A DNA stretch of 60,966 bases, from IMG/VR virus record IMGVR_UViG_3300044998_000129, positions 1 through 60,966 of that record. One strand, given 5' to 3'. The stretch comes from a virus (lineage: Duplodnaviria; Caudoviricetes). Under the pieces are notes generated by a model, which was given only the letters and a program-made list of their open reading frames with translations, searched no databases and was not told the origin of the DNA. Positions 36,616 to 47,185 of the stretch are shown here, piece by piece. Position numbers and translations under genes: made by a program. Numbering within the stretch: the first letter of the stretch is position 1; each line of letters begins with the position of its first letter.

Positions 36616-39600
36616 TTCCTCTACCCCTTCCGGGTCCGCCAGTATCAATCATTCGCGGAGCTTGTTGAGAGCTTACTGTTGCGCGTAGGTTTACATTAGC
36701 GCGTTGAATTTGTTCTGCGGCTGCCAATCCGATTGCATTTCCAATCTCTGGCGCTACAGCAAGAAGTCCATCGGCCACCGCAGGGCCGAAAACTTCGGCC
36801 GCCGTTTCAATAGACGTTCCCATTGTAGTCGCACTAGTTGAAAAAGTTTCACGCAGCATATCGACGTTCGTATTAAGAACGTCTTCGAGTCGAGCAGTTG
36901 CATTAGAGCCGCCCATCAACGAATCAAGGCCAGGTGTCGAACCAAACCACCGCCGCCACCAAGATTCATCAGGAGGACTGGGCAACTCAATATTTGGCGG
37001 TGTAAAGTTTTCCATCATCAACGCAGGATTTGCCGCGATACGTTCCATATCAGTTTGAAACCTGATGATAGAAGCGGCAAGATCGAGACTAGCCTGAATC
37101 ACAGCTTGAGGAAGTTCAGGTGGAAACAGGGCTTGTTGCTCCCTTGCTAATCTTTCAGCAAGAATGCTAAATTCATCTGTAGGTTCATTTAGCATTCCTC
37201 CGTAAAAAGAAGTGTTTCCAAATCCAAATTGATTGTATTCAATACTAGCTTGAACTTGATCTTTTAGGTTATCCCAGATAGTGTTGAAAAACTTGGCTAC
37301 ATCAAACCCTGTATCAGACAAAGTTTGTTCAAGGGGCAATGGAACACGGGGTGGACCGACGACGGGGATCGGGCCAAATAGATACTCGTAAGTATTTGTT
37401 ACAAGTTCACGAGCAAAGTAGTTAGCTACACGATCTAGACCGTTTAGCTGTTCTTGCGCCACTACAGCCGGGTCTTTCATTCCAATGGCTAGACCAGAGT
37501 ATGGCGGAATTTGCTCCATTGGACGAGAAAAGAGTAGCTGCCAAAAAGCCCGCATACTTTTTAAGCCATAAGGATCATCAATTGAAACCGCACCAAGCTC
37601 AGTGCTAACTACTCGCGTTTTTGTTAGTTCGTTTGCAGCACTCTCTCTAATCCGATCCAGCAAGCTAGCGAACGGATTTTGAACATTATTATTTAGAAGG
37701 TCTTGGATAAAATATCCAATACCTAGTCCTGATTTCAAAAGTTGATCCCGCACCCAATCGCCTGCATCCATAACAGAGCGAGTTAGTGAGTCAAACTGCG
37801 GATATTGTGTAGAGGAACGCGGTGCATCAATTTGGGCTTGCATTCTTTCAGCAGCAGTAGAAAGCTCGCTAGATAGTCTGTTCCAATGCCCACGCCAAGC
37901 TGCTATTAGTTCCTCTTGAGTCCTTAGATCTTTGTTAAGAGCATCTTCGACTTCTTGCTGCGGAAAGAAAGACAGCCGTATATTACCGAAGTCAGACGGC
38001 CAAGCTATTTCGCCGCTTGACGGTGGCCTAGCTTGAATAGACGGACTAAACGAGAGCTGTCCAGAAGCAGGAAAATCGCCCATAGGCGTAAAAAGAGAAT
38101 ATCCTTCTGCATTTGGATTTATTACGGGAGGATTGAAAAGCCCATGCAACCCACTGTAGAGCGATTGCCCTTTCTTATAAAGATTATCAAAAATATCAGC
38201 AAGAACACCGCCGATAGTTTCTTCTGTCGAAAGCTCTGGATTTTCTAACCGCCTACGAAAATACTCTTGATAGGCAGAAAAACCTACAGTTCCTACGACT
38301 AATGGACCAGAAATTGTTTTTAGAAAATTAGCAATCCGCGAAAGTCGCCCGCCCTGAGAAACATTAGGAGTCGCTTGATTGAGAATCCTATTTGCACCAA
38401 CGCCCGCACCAGCAAGACCAAGTGCAGCAAGCGCCTTGCCTACCCAAGATTGGCGTCTATTATTTCGGCCACCGAAGCTATCGTCGGCAAACTCGCCAAC
38501 TGCTTGAGCCGCTGCGGCGCGCGTAAGAGCTGCGGCGGCCCCGGTCAGAGCACCCGCCGATCCCGTAAGAGCACTTGCGCTTCCAGTAAGCGCCGTTGCG
38601 GGTCCAAGTAGACCAAGAGCTCGGGCTCCTCCTTCAAGAGCCTTAAACGTAGCGTAGATAGCCCCTGCGATAATACCAACGGTATCAAAAGCACTTAGTC
38701 CTTCAGCAGCAACGGCAAGTTGTTTTGTAAAATCTGCCAGTCCGTTAAGAATTGGCGCCATCGCTTCAAACAAGGGCGTCAAAACATTAGTAGTAAACGT
38801 GTTCATTTGTGCGGCAAAGTTTCTAAACGCCGCAGCCAAGTTCTTATCGGTGGCCTGTTTTGGAGTAGCTGTTACACCTAGAACTTCTTTATATTTGTTT
38901 GCTGCTTCTGTAATACCAGAAATAATGTTAGCAAGCGTTCTTGACTCTCTCGAAATAAATCCAAGTCCTTCGAGAGCCGCTTTCACAGCTATGTTATCAT
39001 TAAGATCAACGCCCTGCTCACGCAAAAGCGGAACAATAACGCTTTCGGCCCATAGACCTGGATTTTCAAATAGTAGCTCGCGCTGCCGGAAGCCACCGTC
39101 TTCTTCGGTAATACCGGCTTCTGCAAGCATTTCAAGTTGTGACTTAGAAACGCCGGGAACGTTAAGTCCTCGTGACAAAGCAATTAGTCGGTTAATATCA
39201 CCACCGATAGGGCGACGCAGATCGTCAAAAGCTGCTGCGAGACGGAAAAGACCCTCGCCGTCAATCGTGGTAGCAAGACCAGATTGAATAAGAGCAGACA
39301 AGAAAGCATTAGAATTAAATTCTGGGCCAGCTACTCGTAGGGCATTTAGGAAGCCCTGTGCTAGATCTTCACCGCGCGCTGGATCATTAGAGATTTGAGC
39401 AGATTCAATAATACCAACAAGAGCATCAGCGTCTTGTTCAGCAAATCGAGGCCGAATTAGTTTAGCCTCGGCCAACGCGGAAGTAATCGAGAAAGCAATT
39501 CTTTCAAAGTTAGGTGAGTCAGCAGGAATAGCTCCAGCAAGGTCCGTCATGATTTGACGGACCTCTGTCTGAGACATCGACCTAACTTCTGTTCCTCTTA

Positions 39601-41191
39601 GAAAATCTCTGGCTACCTGATTAATGATAGCGATGTTACCCGGAGTTCGGGTAAGCATTTGAGTTGTTGTTAGGTCTTGACCTTCAAGCGTTACTTGAGC
39701 AGCGTGAATAACTGCATATTGTAGACCGAACGATATTTCGCCCAACACCATATAGGTGAGCAGCGTTCCTACGCGCATACCGAGGCGACCGGGGTTTGTA
39801 AAGTTCTCGTCAAACCCTTCTTCAAAAGTTGACAAGTAACCGGAGCCCTTATTGTAACGCCAGTTATTCGAAGAAGGGGGAGCATAATGTCTCCCGCTAA
39901 GATCGGGAACAAAATAGCTGCTGCGCATTCCCCGAAAATCGGGAAATTGACTAAACAACCTAGCAGATTGATTTTGTAGCAGTCGAAGTCGCAGTTGAAG
40001 AGATCGTGCTCTATTAAGTGCCGTCAGAAGATCTTGACTATTAAGATTAATTTTGAAAGTTTTAAGATTTAGAAAATTCAGTGTAGAAGACAGCAGATTA
40101 GTATTGTTAAGAGCATTAACAATTTGCGAAGAGTTAACAGTTGCCGTAATCGAAGCACTACGACTTGCTGCCAAACGGTCAAGATCGGCTCTTGCTTTTG
40201 CAAGACCGATAAGTTTAACAACAATTTCTGCGTTACGCTGAGTTTCAACTTGCTTAAGTTGAGCTAAAGCATCTGTAATATTACTAACACCAACATCAAC
40301 GTAAACTTTTCGCTGACGCTCTAGATTTTTAAGCCTAGCTTCAGCATCAGTAATACCAGTCAGGGCAACGTTTATATAGACAGTTCGTTGCCGTTCTAAA
40401 TACTTAAGCCTAGCTTCAGCATCGCTAATTCCAGTAAGAGCAACATCAACATAAAGATCACGCTGCTGCTCTAGCCGACGAAGTTGTCCTTCGGCTAGGG
40501 TAGCTCCATGAACAATAGCCGTAATATTAACATGACGGGCGCGCGTCAAACGCTCTAGCGTAACTTCAATTTCAGCAGCACCAGTCAAAGAAGCGTTAAT
40601 ACGAACATTACGATTTCGCTCAAGACGCTGAAGTTGTCCCTCCGCTAAAGTAGCGCCATTAAGAATAGTCGTGATATTAACATGACGAGCGCGAGTTAGA
40701 CGTTCTACAGCCGCTTCTACTTCAGCAGCTCCAAAAAGATCTGCATTTACACGAACGCTACGCTGACGCTCTAAAGCCTTAAGTCTGGCTTCTGCATCAC
40801 TAACGCCAGTCAGACCAACGTCGATATAAGAATCGCGTTGACGCGCTAAATGTTCTAGTCTAGCGGTAACTTCTGTTACGCCAAGTAGATCAAGATCAAT
40901 TTCAGCTTTACGAAGCCGCGTAATAGCTTGCAGCTTTTCAGCTACTGCTTCTTCACCGACAAGACCGACCGCCATGTTAATTCGGCGGTCGTTGAAGTTT
41001 GCTAGTCTTTTAAGAGTATCAGAGACAGTATCGCCGCCAATTAGGGCAACCCGAAAACGGATTTGCTTATAATTGATCGAATCAATAGTTGCCCTAAGTT
41101 TTTGAAGAGCCGCGTTGACAGCAGAAATCCGGGCTCGGCTATTGCCGGTCGTTACGTTTAAGACTGCTTGTTCAACGAAACTAATCGGCAT
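36608..41191 (-). CDS. Tape measure protein
   Basis: 1527 aa, Ala/Leu-rich and helical, N-terminal ~25 aa repeats, located after the chaperone genes. Confidence 0.85.
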   Translation of the reverse strand: MPISFVEQAVLNVTTGNSRARISAVNAALQKLRATIDSINYKQIRFRVALIGGDTVSDTLKRLANFNDRRINMAVGLVGEEAVAEKLQAITRLRKAEIDLDLLGVTEVTARLEHLARQRDSYIDVGLTGVSDAEARLKALERQRSVRVNADLFGAAEVEAAVERLTRARHVNITTILNGATLAEGQLQRLERNRNVRINASLTGAAEIEVTLERLTRARHVNITAIVHGATLAEGQLRRLEQQRDLYVDVALTGISDAEARLKYLERQRTVYINVALTGITDAEARLKNLERQRKVYVDVGVSNITDALAQLKQVETQRNAEIVVKLIGLAKARADLDRLAASRSASITATVNSSQIVNALNNTNLLSSTLNFLNLKTFKINLNSQDLLTALNRARSLQLRLRLLQNQSARLFSQFPDFRGMRSSYFVPDLSGRHYAPPSSNNWRYNKGSGYLSTFEEGFDENFTNPGRLGMRVGTLLTYMVLGEISFGLQYAVIHAAQVTLEGQDLTTTQMLTRTPGNIAIINQVARDFLRGTEVRSMSQTEVRQIMTDLAGAIPADSPNFERIAFSITSALAEAKLIRPRFAEQDADALVGIIESAQISNDPARGEDLAQGFLNALRVAGPEFNSNAFLSALIQSGLATTIDGEGLFRLAAAFDDLRRPIGGDINRLIALSRGLNVPGVSKSQLEMLAEAGITEEDGGFRQRELLFENPGLWAESVIVPLLREQGVDLNDNIAVKAALEGLGFISRESRTLANIISGITEAANKYKEVLGVTATPKQATDKNLAAAFRNFAAQMNTFTTNVLTPLFEAMAPILNGLADFTKQLAVAAEGLSAFDTVGIIAGAIYATFKALEGGARALGLLGPATALTGSASALTGSAGALTGAAAALTRAAAAQAVGEFADDSFGGRNNRRQSWVGKALAALGLAGAGVGANRILNQATPNVSQGGRLSRIANFLKTISGPLVVGTVGFSAYQEYFRRRLENPELSTEETIGGVLADIFDNLYKKGQSLYSGLHGLFNPPVINPNAEGYSLFTPMGDFPASGQLSFSPSIQARPPSSGEIAWPSDFGNIRLSFFPQQEVEDALNKDLRTQEELIAAWRGHWNRLSSELSTAAERMQAQIDAPRSSTQYPQFDSLTRSVMDAGDWVRDQLLKSGLGIGYFIQDLLNNNVQNPFASLLDRIRESAANELTKTRVVSTELGAVSIDDPYGLKSMRAFWQLLFSRPMEQIPPYSGLAIGMKDPAVVAQEQLNGLDRVANYFARELVTNTYEYLFGPIPVVGPPRVPLPLEQTLSDTGFDVAKFFNTIWDNLKDQVQASIEYNQFGFGNTSFYGGMLNEPTDEFSILAERLAREQQALFPPELPQAVIQASLDLAASIIRFQTDMERIAANPALMMENFTPPNIELPSPPDESWWRRWFGSTPGLDSLMGGSNATARLEDVLNTNVDMLRETFSTSATTMGTSIETAAEVFGPAVADGLLAVAPEIGNAIGLAAAEQIQRANVNLRATVSSQQAPRMIDTGGPGRGRGNG

Positions 41192-41385
41192 CAGCGATAC
41201 TTCCTTCGTCCCTTAGCTCCTTGCGACCCGCCTATAGCCGCCTTGCTCGCCTGCTTATGAACCTTGTGGAACGCAGCAATTCGTAGGGCTAATTGTGACA
41301 GGCGAAGCGGTCTAACGTCACCGATGCTTCCTGAGAAATAACGATATTCTTCAACGCGGTCGATGACGCTAGAGGCGCTTTTCAA
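41191..41385 (-). CDS. Tail assembly chaperone C-terminal extension (GT-like), probably produced by -1 frameshift
   Basis: TTG start without an obvious RBS overlaps the upstream stop in CGTTTTTGA. Confidence 0.55.
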   Translation of the reverse strand: MKSASSVIDRVEEYRYFSGSIGDVRPLRLSQLALRIAAFHKVHKQASKAAIGGSQGAKGRRKYR

Positions 41386-41975
41386 AAACGGGGCAGAACT
41401 TTCAGCATGATCGTAACGCCGTCGGCCACCGTTAGCTTGTCAACCGCCCATGCTGGAAGCTGGGTCAGCTTTGAGCCGACAGGTCTTGCAAGACGGCGGA
41501 TCAGTTCAAGAGTTCGCTGCATGTCATTATCGGCGGCCAAAATATCTTCAACCTCGCCGTATGTCGAAGCCTGAAATTCTAGGCTTTTAATGGTCTGATC
41601 TTCGCCTTTGGAAGTTTTCATACCAATAGGCGTTCCAAGATCATAGATAACAGACGATGTTACGCCGTCGCCATCGTTAGCGACAGTCCCGGCGGTTCCT
41701 TGTCCAATGTCCAAAGCGGCGATGATGCTTTTCGCCACAGGGATCGGGAGGCGGGCTAGGCTTGTGTCGTCGATCTGGATTCGCTTTCCACCAGATTCAA
41801 AATGCGTTTGATACGCAATGCGGGCTCTTTGGAGAGCCGTTTGTGGCTTGAGTTTGCTACTGACCGCCGTCATCCACAAGTCGCACATTTCGACGAAAGT
41901 CAGCGGATGAACAGTAATAGTGTCGATGACAGTTTCGCCGATCTTCACTTCATGTTCAAATTCGATCTTTTCCAT
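41382..41975 (-). CDS. Tail assembly chaperone
   Basis: Between tube and tape measure; two-domain repeat ending L...D. Confidence 0.75.
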   Translation of the reverse strand: MEKIEFEHEVKIGETVIDTITVHPLTFVEMCDLWMTAVSSKLKPQTALQRARIAYQTHFESGGKRIQIDDTSLARLPIPVAKSIIAALDIGQGTAGTVANDGDGVTSSVIYDLGTPIGMKTSKGEDQTIKSLEFQASTYGEVEDILAADNDMQRTLELIRRLARPVGSKLTQLPAWAVDKLTVADGVTIMLKVLPRF

Positions 41976-42011
41976 ATTAGATTCCTACGCTACCTGCGCT
42001 TCAAAGGGCGC

Positions 42012-42073
42012 CGCCCTCTCCCGCGCAGGTAAGGAGAGGGCGACTATTCCTACCGATAGGAGCCAGCTATCGG
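42012..42073 (-). terminator. Two hairpins after the tail tube gene
   Basis: cgccctctcc-N11-ggagagggcg and ccgatag-N7-ctatcgg. Confidence 0.5.
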
Positions 42074-42084
42074 AAGGCGTTTCG

Positions 42085-42486
42085 TTACGCCGCAGCAGGC
42101 AGAAGTTCGTCAATCTCGCGGAAGGTTGCGGTGATTGTAACTTCGTGTCCATCGCTGGAAGCATCCCCGGTCGAAGTGCCAGAAATGCCGGTATAGACAA
42201 GCCCATTGTAGTGTTCAATGGTGATGTCAAGAGCGCCACAACCCTGATAGAGGGCCAGGGGAACACCAAGATTACGAATGACAGTCAACTCGATCTGATT
42301 GTTCATACGAGCGCGGCGAACGTAACCACCAGGCAACGGCTCGTTATTAAACTCGCAGAGACGATATTGAGGTTGCTGGTCGTTCGCAAGTTCGTGCGAA
42401 AAAGGACCGTAAACGTCGCCCGTATCACAGTCACGAAACGTGATAAGGATGTTCCGAACGCCTACTTGATTGCCGCAGTCTGCCAT
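42085..42486 (-). CDS. Tail tube protein
   Basis: 133 aa directly after the sheath gene; AAGGAG RBS; Cys-containing. Confidence 0.8.
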   Translation of the reverse strand: MADCGNQVGVRNILITFRDCDTGDVYGPFSHELANDQQPQYRLCEFNNEPLPGGYVRRARMNNQIELTVIRNLGVPLALYQGCGALDITIEHYNGLVYTGISGTSTGDASSDGHEVTITATFREIDELLPAAA

Positions 42487-42516
42487 AGCAGTTCTCCTTC
42501 AATAGCGGTGATGGAA

Positions 42517-42540
42517 GATAAGCCGCCTAAGCGGCTTATC
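42517..42540 (-). terminator. Perfect hairpin between sheath and tube genes
   Basis: gataagccgc-ctaa-gcggcttatc. Confidence 0.55.
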
Positions 42541-42543
42541 AAA

Positions 42544-44052
42544 TTAGCAGTTCGTAAGAAGTTGCGGAGTTGCATTGACCACGATCTGACGAATCCGAAC
42601 AGGCGGACGATAGATCATGTTCAAATACAGCTTGCCGGGGACACCATTGCATCGAGGCGAGACAGCAAAGTCATCTGTAACTTCGATGTCTTTGTTGATG
42701 TCCTCAAACTCGCTAAAGAGCGTTCCAACCTTCGACTTGGCCCAAGCGCGCGTCGAGCCAAGGATAGCCCGACGATTCGTCCCGCGAGCACCCTCACGAA
42801 TGTTCGTAGCATCGCTGTAGTAGCCGAGACCATTGAATTGCTGAAGATGTTTTGCAAGCTCCGTAGCAGTCACCGTAGCGAGACGACGAGAAGCAACCGA
42901 CTGGAAAGTCAAGTTTTCTCGACCTTCTGCATCGTAGCGATTGTTCGTAATATCAGCCACGATCTGAGGCGAAGTCAGCGAGCCTTGGCCACCGGAAACG
43001 GGGACCGTAGGAACAAAGCCAGCTTCAACAAGCTGCTGCATTTCGTCGAAGGTGAAGCAGGACGAGCAGGTTTCCGGGAACGACAGGCAGTCAAGAACAC
43101 CGAATTGCGGTCCTTGAATGCTAAGTTCCGGATTATCAACTGTCAAGCAGCAAGATTTCGCCGCATAAGCAGCAACTTTCAGCCACGGGAAGTTCGGATC
43201 GGTGAGGCAATGTGCCATGCGCGAGACAACAGCCGAGTTTGTATCTTGGGCAAGAATCTGCCCAAGCGCACCCGCATTGTAAGTGTAGCCGTGTCCGAAA
43301 CACTGAGGCTTATCGCAAGACCAAGCATCTTCAAGATAGTTGATCGCACCATTTTGCCAAGCTACATTTCCGTAGAGCATGGCAAAGCAGCAAACGCAGC
43401 AATCGCCGAACACCGTATTGTAGTTCAGCGGAGCTGGATCGTTTGCACCGACCACCGTTTGAGTTGTTGTGATCGTCACACCCGTGGGGAAGTAATTATT
43501 CAATCCATGCCAGTTGACATTCGGATTGAGGAAGTTTCCAACAGTCCCCGCGTTGCGAGCCGTGAGCGTGACAACGCCGAGGGCTGCAACTGCCGTATAG
43601 GGAAAGTCAGGCGGAACAGCGGCAGCAATCGCGGCAGCAATTGCGGTGGCCGTATCACCCGTTGAAACAGGAACGCTGATATTCCAGCGACCGTCGCCCC
43701 AATAGATGTCAATACGACCGTCAGAAGTTGCCGGACCTGTAACCGTCAAAGTGTAGACAGCAGCAACGCCAGTCGGAGCGTCTTGACGCGGAAGAGCAAA
43801 AATCTCGATCCGTCGATCACCGCAGCAATTAATTGCGGTTTTAAGAGATTCGGCGAGAACCGAACCAGCACCAAACTGAGAGTCGATGTCTTTGATAGAA
43901 GTAACCTTTGTCAAGACATTAGGAACAATCGTGCTGGAGCCAGGATCGTAATACTGACCTTCCAGAACAACACGGCAAACTTCGCCGAGAATATTCTTGC
44001 TCGGATCGAAGCAAAGACGGATAAAACCGTCACGAAGCGAGTCGATTGCCAT
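42544..44052 (-). CDS. Tail sheath protein (Mu gpL-like), Cys-rich
   Basis: FGAGSVLA, GDTATAIAAAIAAA, VTLTARNAG..GN; about 18 Cys. Confidence 0.9.
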   Translation of the reverse strand: MAIDSLRDGFIRLCFDPSKNILGEVCRVVLEGQYYDPGSSTIVPNVLTKVTSIKDIDSQFGAGSVLAESLKTAINCCGDRRIEIFALPRQDAPTGVAAVYTLTVTGPATSDGRIDIYWGDGRWNISVPVSTGDTATAIAAAIAAAVPPDFPYTAVAALGVVTLTARNAGTVGNFLNPNVNWHGLNNYFPTGVTITTTQTVVGANDPAPLNYNTVFGDCCVCCFAMLYGNVAWQNGAINYLEDAWSCDKPQCFGHGYTYNAGALGQILAQDTNSAVVSRMAHCLTDPNFPWLKVAAYAAKSCCLTVDNPELSIQGPQFGVLDCLSFPETCSSCFTFDEMQQLVEAGFVPTVPVSGGQGSLTSPQIVADITNNRYDAEGRENLTFQSVASRRLATVTATELAKHLQQFNGLGYYSDATNIREGARGTNRRAILGSTRAWAKSKVGTLFSEFEDINKDIEVTDDFAVSPRCNGVPGKLYLNMIYRPPVRIRQIVVNATPQLLTNC

Positions 44053-44058
44053 ATTCAA

Positions 44059-44280
44059 TTACTCCTTGGCAGAGGGGGCAGGGGCTACCTTCGGGGCAGC
44101 TTGGCGGGCGGTGTCCGGTTCCACGATCAAATCGTTATGAACTTCAATCAAGCGCATGATATAGGGCGTGCGCTGAACGGTTACAAAGCGGTCTTCAGGG
44201 ATCATATCGCCGCGAGGCGAGGTCCGTGCGACCCGACCGGGAGCGGCTTTGACCCGGATATTTCGAGAGTCCATTGCCAT
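44059..44280 (-). CDS. Small pre-sheath protein (Mu gp38/DUF2635-like)
   Basis: VKAAPGRV..P.G..IP....V....Y..RLI...DL. Confidence 0.7.
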   Translation of the reverse strand: MAMDSRNIRVKAAPGRVARTSPRGDMIPEDRFVTVQRTPYIMRLIEVHNDLIVEPDTARQAAPKVAPAPSAKE

Positions 44281-44291
44281 GACAGTTCCTT

Positions 44292-44882
44292 TCAAATTCT
44301 TGCAAAATCGCAAGGGTCAGGTTCGACGCATTCCTCACAAGGATCGCACGGGCGATTAGACCTTGCTCGAAGCACACGTCCGATGATCTGTATTTCAAAC
44401 GGTTCCTTCGCCAGATCATCACACGAAGGATCGTCGGGTTCGCGACACCAGACTTCGGAGGCGCGAAATCGAAAGGTGATGACGACAGCAAACTCATTGC
44501 TCTCGACATCGAGAGATAGATAAGATACTCCGCCGTTGTTTGGAGTTCTATAGCTATGCATGAACGTCAACAAACGATTGCGGAGGCTTTCGTAGTTATA
44601 GAAAGCGTAGAAAGGAGTAACAGTTCCATCGGCCCTATTGTATTTAACAGGCTCATACATAAACTGTATAATGAAATCGCTTGTAATTGTAATTTTTCCG
44701 CCACCGTTAGTAGGTTGAGCTCCAGTTTCGCTTATTAGAGCTGTAAACGCAAGCGGCAAAGTTGGAATATTTGTTTTGTTATCAAAAGGATCAACTTCGC
44801 TAACAGCAATAGAACGACCACCAAGGTCTGGAAACCAGACCCCAATTTTCTCAGCTACATCGAGAATTAGAGGGATCGCCAT
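44292..44882 (-). CDS. Tail terminator
   Basis: Position in the neck module; Cys-rich C-terminal arm CDPCEEC..PC. Confidence 0.65.
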   Translation of the reverse strand: MAIPLILDVAEKIGVWFPDLGGRSIAVSEVDPFDNKTNIPTLPLAFTALISETGAQPTNGGGKITITSDFIIQFMYEPVKYNRADGTVTPFYAFYNYESLRNRLLTFMHSYRTPNNGGVSYLSLDVESNEFAVVITFRFRASEVWCREPDDPSCDDLAKEPFEIQIIGRVLRARSNRPCDPCEECVEPDPCDFARI

Positions 44883-45304
44883 TTCACATAACCCGTCAAA
44901 GGTCTACCGCGTTCAAGACTTTCTCGCAACGCAGTATCAGACATTTTTCGACGTTCCATATAGCGGGTGCCTTGCCGAAGGTATTTTGCGTAGGAAGTAT
45001 TTGTTCCAATTATTCCGCTAAAGCGAGCCGGGGTAAATCGAATACCGATGCTTTTAACTAGCTTGCCAGTGTCGATCGCAGGATATTCTTCTTCAGGAAC
45101 ATTTACTGAGCGGCGAAACCAAACCTTACTAATTTTGCGACGAGCAAGAACTCCGGTGTGTGGTCCTTTTAACATACCTCTATAGAGGATTATATCAGCT
45201 CGTCGAATAACCCCTTCAACCCAAAGACGAATTGCCGATTCGTCTAAAACCGCTTCAAAAGCACCTGATCGACTTGTGTTAAAATCTATAACTACGTCAG
45301 TCAT
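44867..45304 (-). CDS. HK97 gp10-like neck protein
   Basis: YPAIDTGKL..SI, GTN..YA.YL..GTR.M..R. Confidence 0.8.
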   Translation of the reverse strand: MTDVVIDFNTSRSGAFEAVLDESAIRLWVEGVIRRADIILYRGMLKGPHTGVLARRKISKVWFRRSVNVPEEEYPAIDTGKLVKSIGIRFTPARFSGIIGTNTSYAKYLRQGTRYMERRKMSDTALRESLERGRPLTGYVKWRSL

Positions 45305-45720
45305 AGGTGCACACCTTTCGGCAGAGAAGCGACCACCGTTGGAGTTTCGGGCTTTTGCGCCTCATCGCTTCGTTCGACAAGACGGCACCCGAATTCGTAG
45401 CAGGGGGAACAGCCGTCTTCCGTTTGATCCACTGTCAAAATCTTAAACCAGCGCGGCGGGGAGATTCTGCGCTCCTCATATATCCACGCATAGCTTGAAA
45501 CTTCAAGGTCTGGACGATACCGAATCTTTATGATGTGAGTTCTTTCGTTTCGGTTGTCCATCATAGCTTGCCCATTCGGGCTAAACATACTCCCTCGTTT
45601 AGCTTCAATAGAAGCCCAAGTAGCCATGACTTCTTTGCGAACAAGCGTCAAACTACCATGAGACGTGATAACGTCTTTCTGGCTACAAAGAACGACGCGA
45701 TGCCGCAAAGCAGAAATCAT
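45301..45720 (-). CDS. Head closure/stopper (SPP1 gp16-like)
   Basis: LRHRV, TWASIE, THIIKIRYRPD. Confidence 0.85.
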   Translation of the reverse strand: MISALRHRVVLCSQKDVITSHGSLTLVRKEVMATWASIEAKRGSMFSPNGQAMMDNRNERTHIIKIRYRPDLEVSSYAWIYEERRISPPRWFKILTVDQTEDGCSPCYEFGCRLVERSDEAQKPETPTVVASLPKGVHL

Positions 45721-46388
45721 ACGGCATTATCCTTCAACGTTCGCCATATGTCAATCGCCCCCGATGCTAGAGCCGGATTATTGGCGTCCAAATTCAATGC
45801 CAAGGCTTGAGTAGAATTAGAACGACGAATAGCGTCACCGGGATTTTCGATCAAATGAGCAATATATTTAAGTGCACCTATTGCCAGTCCGGCTGGAAGA
45901 TCACTTTCCGTGCTATATCCAGCAACATATTGAATCTGAAGTTGTGCTTTGTCGCGGCACGGATTACAGCAACCAATTCCCATATCGCCGGGATGATATG
46001 CAATTCGGGCTTCGTTAGTTCCGACAACAACTGGAAGTCGTTCAATAGCCCGCGATGGATCGCCAAACAAATAGGCAAATGGCTCTGCAAATGGAAATCG
46101 TGTTTTATGAGTAAAATACCTTCCAGGCATCTCCCAGAACGAAAATGGTTGCTTTACAGGTTCAACAAGAACACGTTGGCCACCGAAGAACAAGCCGGTA
46201 TATTTCTCGGCTGCTTGAATGGCGGCTGCCCGGTAAAGCGAGAGTTGTTCATCTGTCACCGTAATGACATCTTCGGTTTTAGTATGCGTTCGAATGAGAC
46301 TTAGCGGCAATATCTTCTCAAAGTCGAAGCAACGACCTTTCATCGACGCCATATCATTCGTATCGGTGCGAGTGATTTCTCTAAGCAT
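45717..46388 (-). CDS. Head-tail adaptor (HK97 gp6-like)
   Basis: H.K, AAIQAAEKYTG, YVAGY, LKYIAHLIENP. Confidence 0.85.
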   Translation of the reverse strand: MLREITRTDTNDMASMKGRCFDFEKILPLSLIRTHTKTEDVITVTDEQLSLYRAAAIQAAEKYTGLFFGGQRVLVEPVKQPFSFWEMPGRYFTHKTRFPFAEPFAYLFGDPSRAIERLPVVVGTNEARIAYHPGDMGIGCCNPCRDKAQLQIQYVAGYSTESDLPAGLAIGALKYIAHLIENPGDAIRRSNSTQALALNLDANNPALASGAIDIWRTLKDNAV

Positions 46389-47131
46389 CAGCTACAATCC
46401 CGGCACCGAATATCGAAGCACGATATGTGAAAATATCTATTCCGATCACAGTCGTTTGCAGGTTGCTTAATAGTAAGTCGATACTCGTCGCAAGGACGAC
46501 ACGACATTGGCATTGTAATCGGAAAACGAACTGTTTGCATTCGTTGATCCGTAATGACCTTTCCTAGGTCAATAAAAGGAACAAGCGACGTGTATTCGCG
46601 AGGAGGCAAACCGATAGTAGTGCCTACGCTCCAAACAATCGAACGAACAATCCAACGGCCTTGAGCATCAGTGATCTTAACCCAAGTTACATCCCATCCT
46701 TCAAATCCATTATTTGGAAAATATTGAACAGAAGGATTGTATTGACCACCGGGTTGCGTTACTACTCCATGATAAGGACCAGAAAGCGGCAAAATCTCAA
46801 ACTTGAAACTGTTTCCAGACGGTGTCAAGTTAACACCGATGTTAACACCAGAGCTAGTATTAACTGGAGTATTTGGAGCCTGATAGTTCGTATTCTGCGG
46901 TGGAGGAAAGCCATCAATATCGCCAGATGGACAATTCTCTTCGTTAGCGACAATATCAAAGTCAAACGTCGGAACAATTCCGGGGCTGCCAATCGGGAGA
47001 GACCATGGCGCGTAATTGATCTGCATGAGATTCGTCTCGCCCGGTCGAAGGCTAACTGGCAAGCAACAGCACGCATCGCAAACAGCACCGGAAGGGCCAC
47101 CGTCGCGAGGATCAACAGAGAAGTAGAGCAT
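46388..47131 (-). CDS. Collar protein (Milano-like), Cys-rich
   Basis: YFSVDPR..CCC..SLRPGE...YAPWS, recalled from the Milano collar protein; upstream of the adaptor. Confidence 0.65.
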   Translation of the reverse strand: MLYFSVDPRDGGPSGAVCDACCCLPVSLRPGETNLMQINYAPWSLPIGSPGIVPTFDFDIVANEENCPSGDIDGFPPPQNTNYQAPNTPVNTSSGVNIGVNLTPSGNSFKFEILPLSGPYHGVVTQPGGQYNPSVQYFPNNGFEGWDVTWVKITDAQGRWIVRSIVWSVGTTIGLPPREYTSLVPFIDLGKVITDQRMQTVRFPITMPMSCRPCDEYRLTIKQPANDCDRNRYFHISCFDIRCRDCS

Positions 47132-47185
47132 GACTAATTCCTTCCGGTTAGAGTAGGCGGCCCTTTGTGAGGACCGCCTGAATGT

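Noticed and set aside
41920-43665. 581 aa + strand ORF
   Set aside because: Antisense shadow of the sheath and tube genes; no RBS or recognisable motifs
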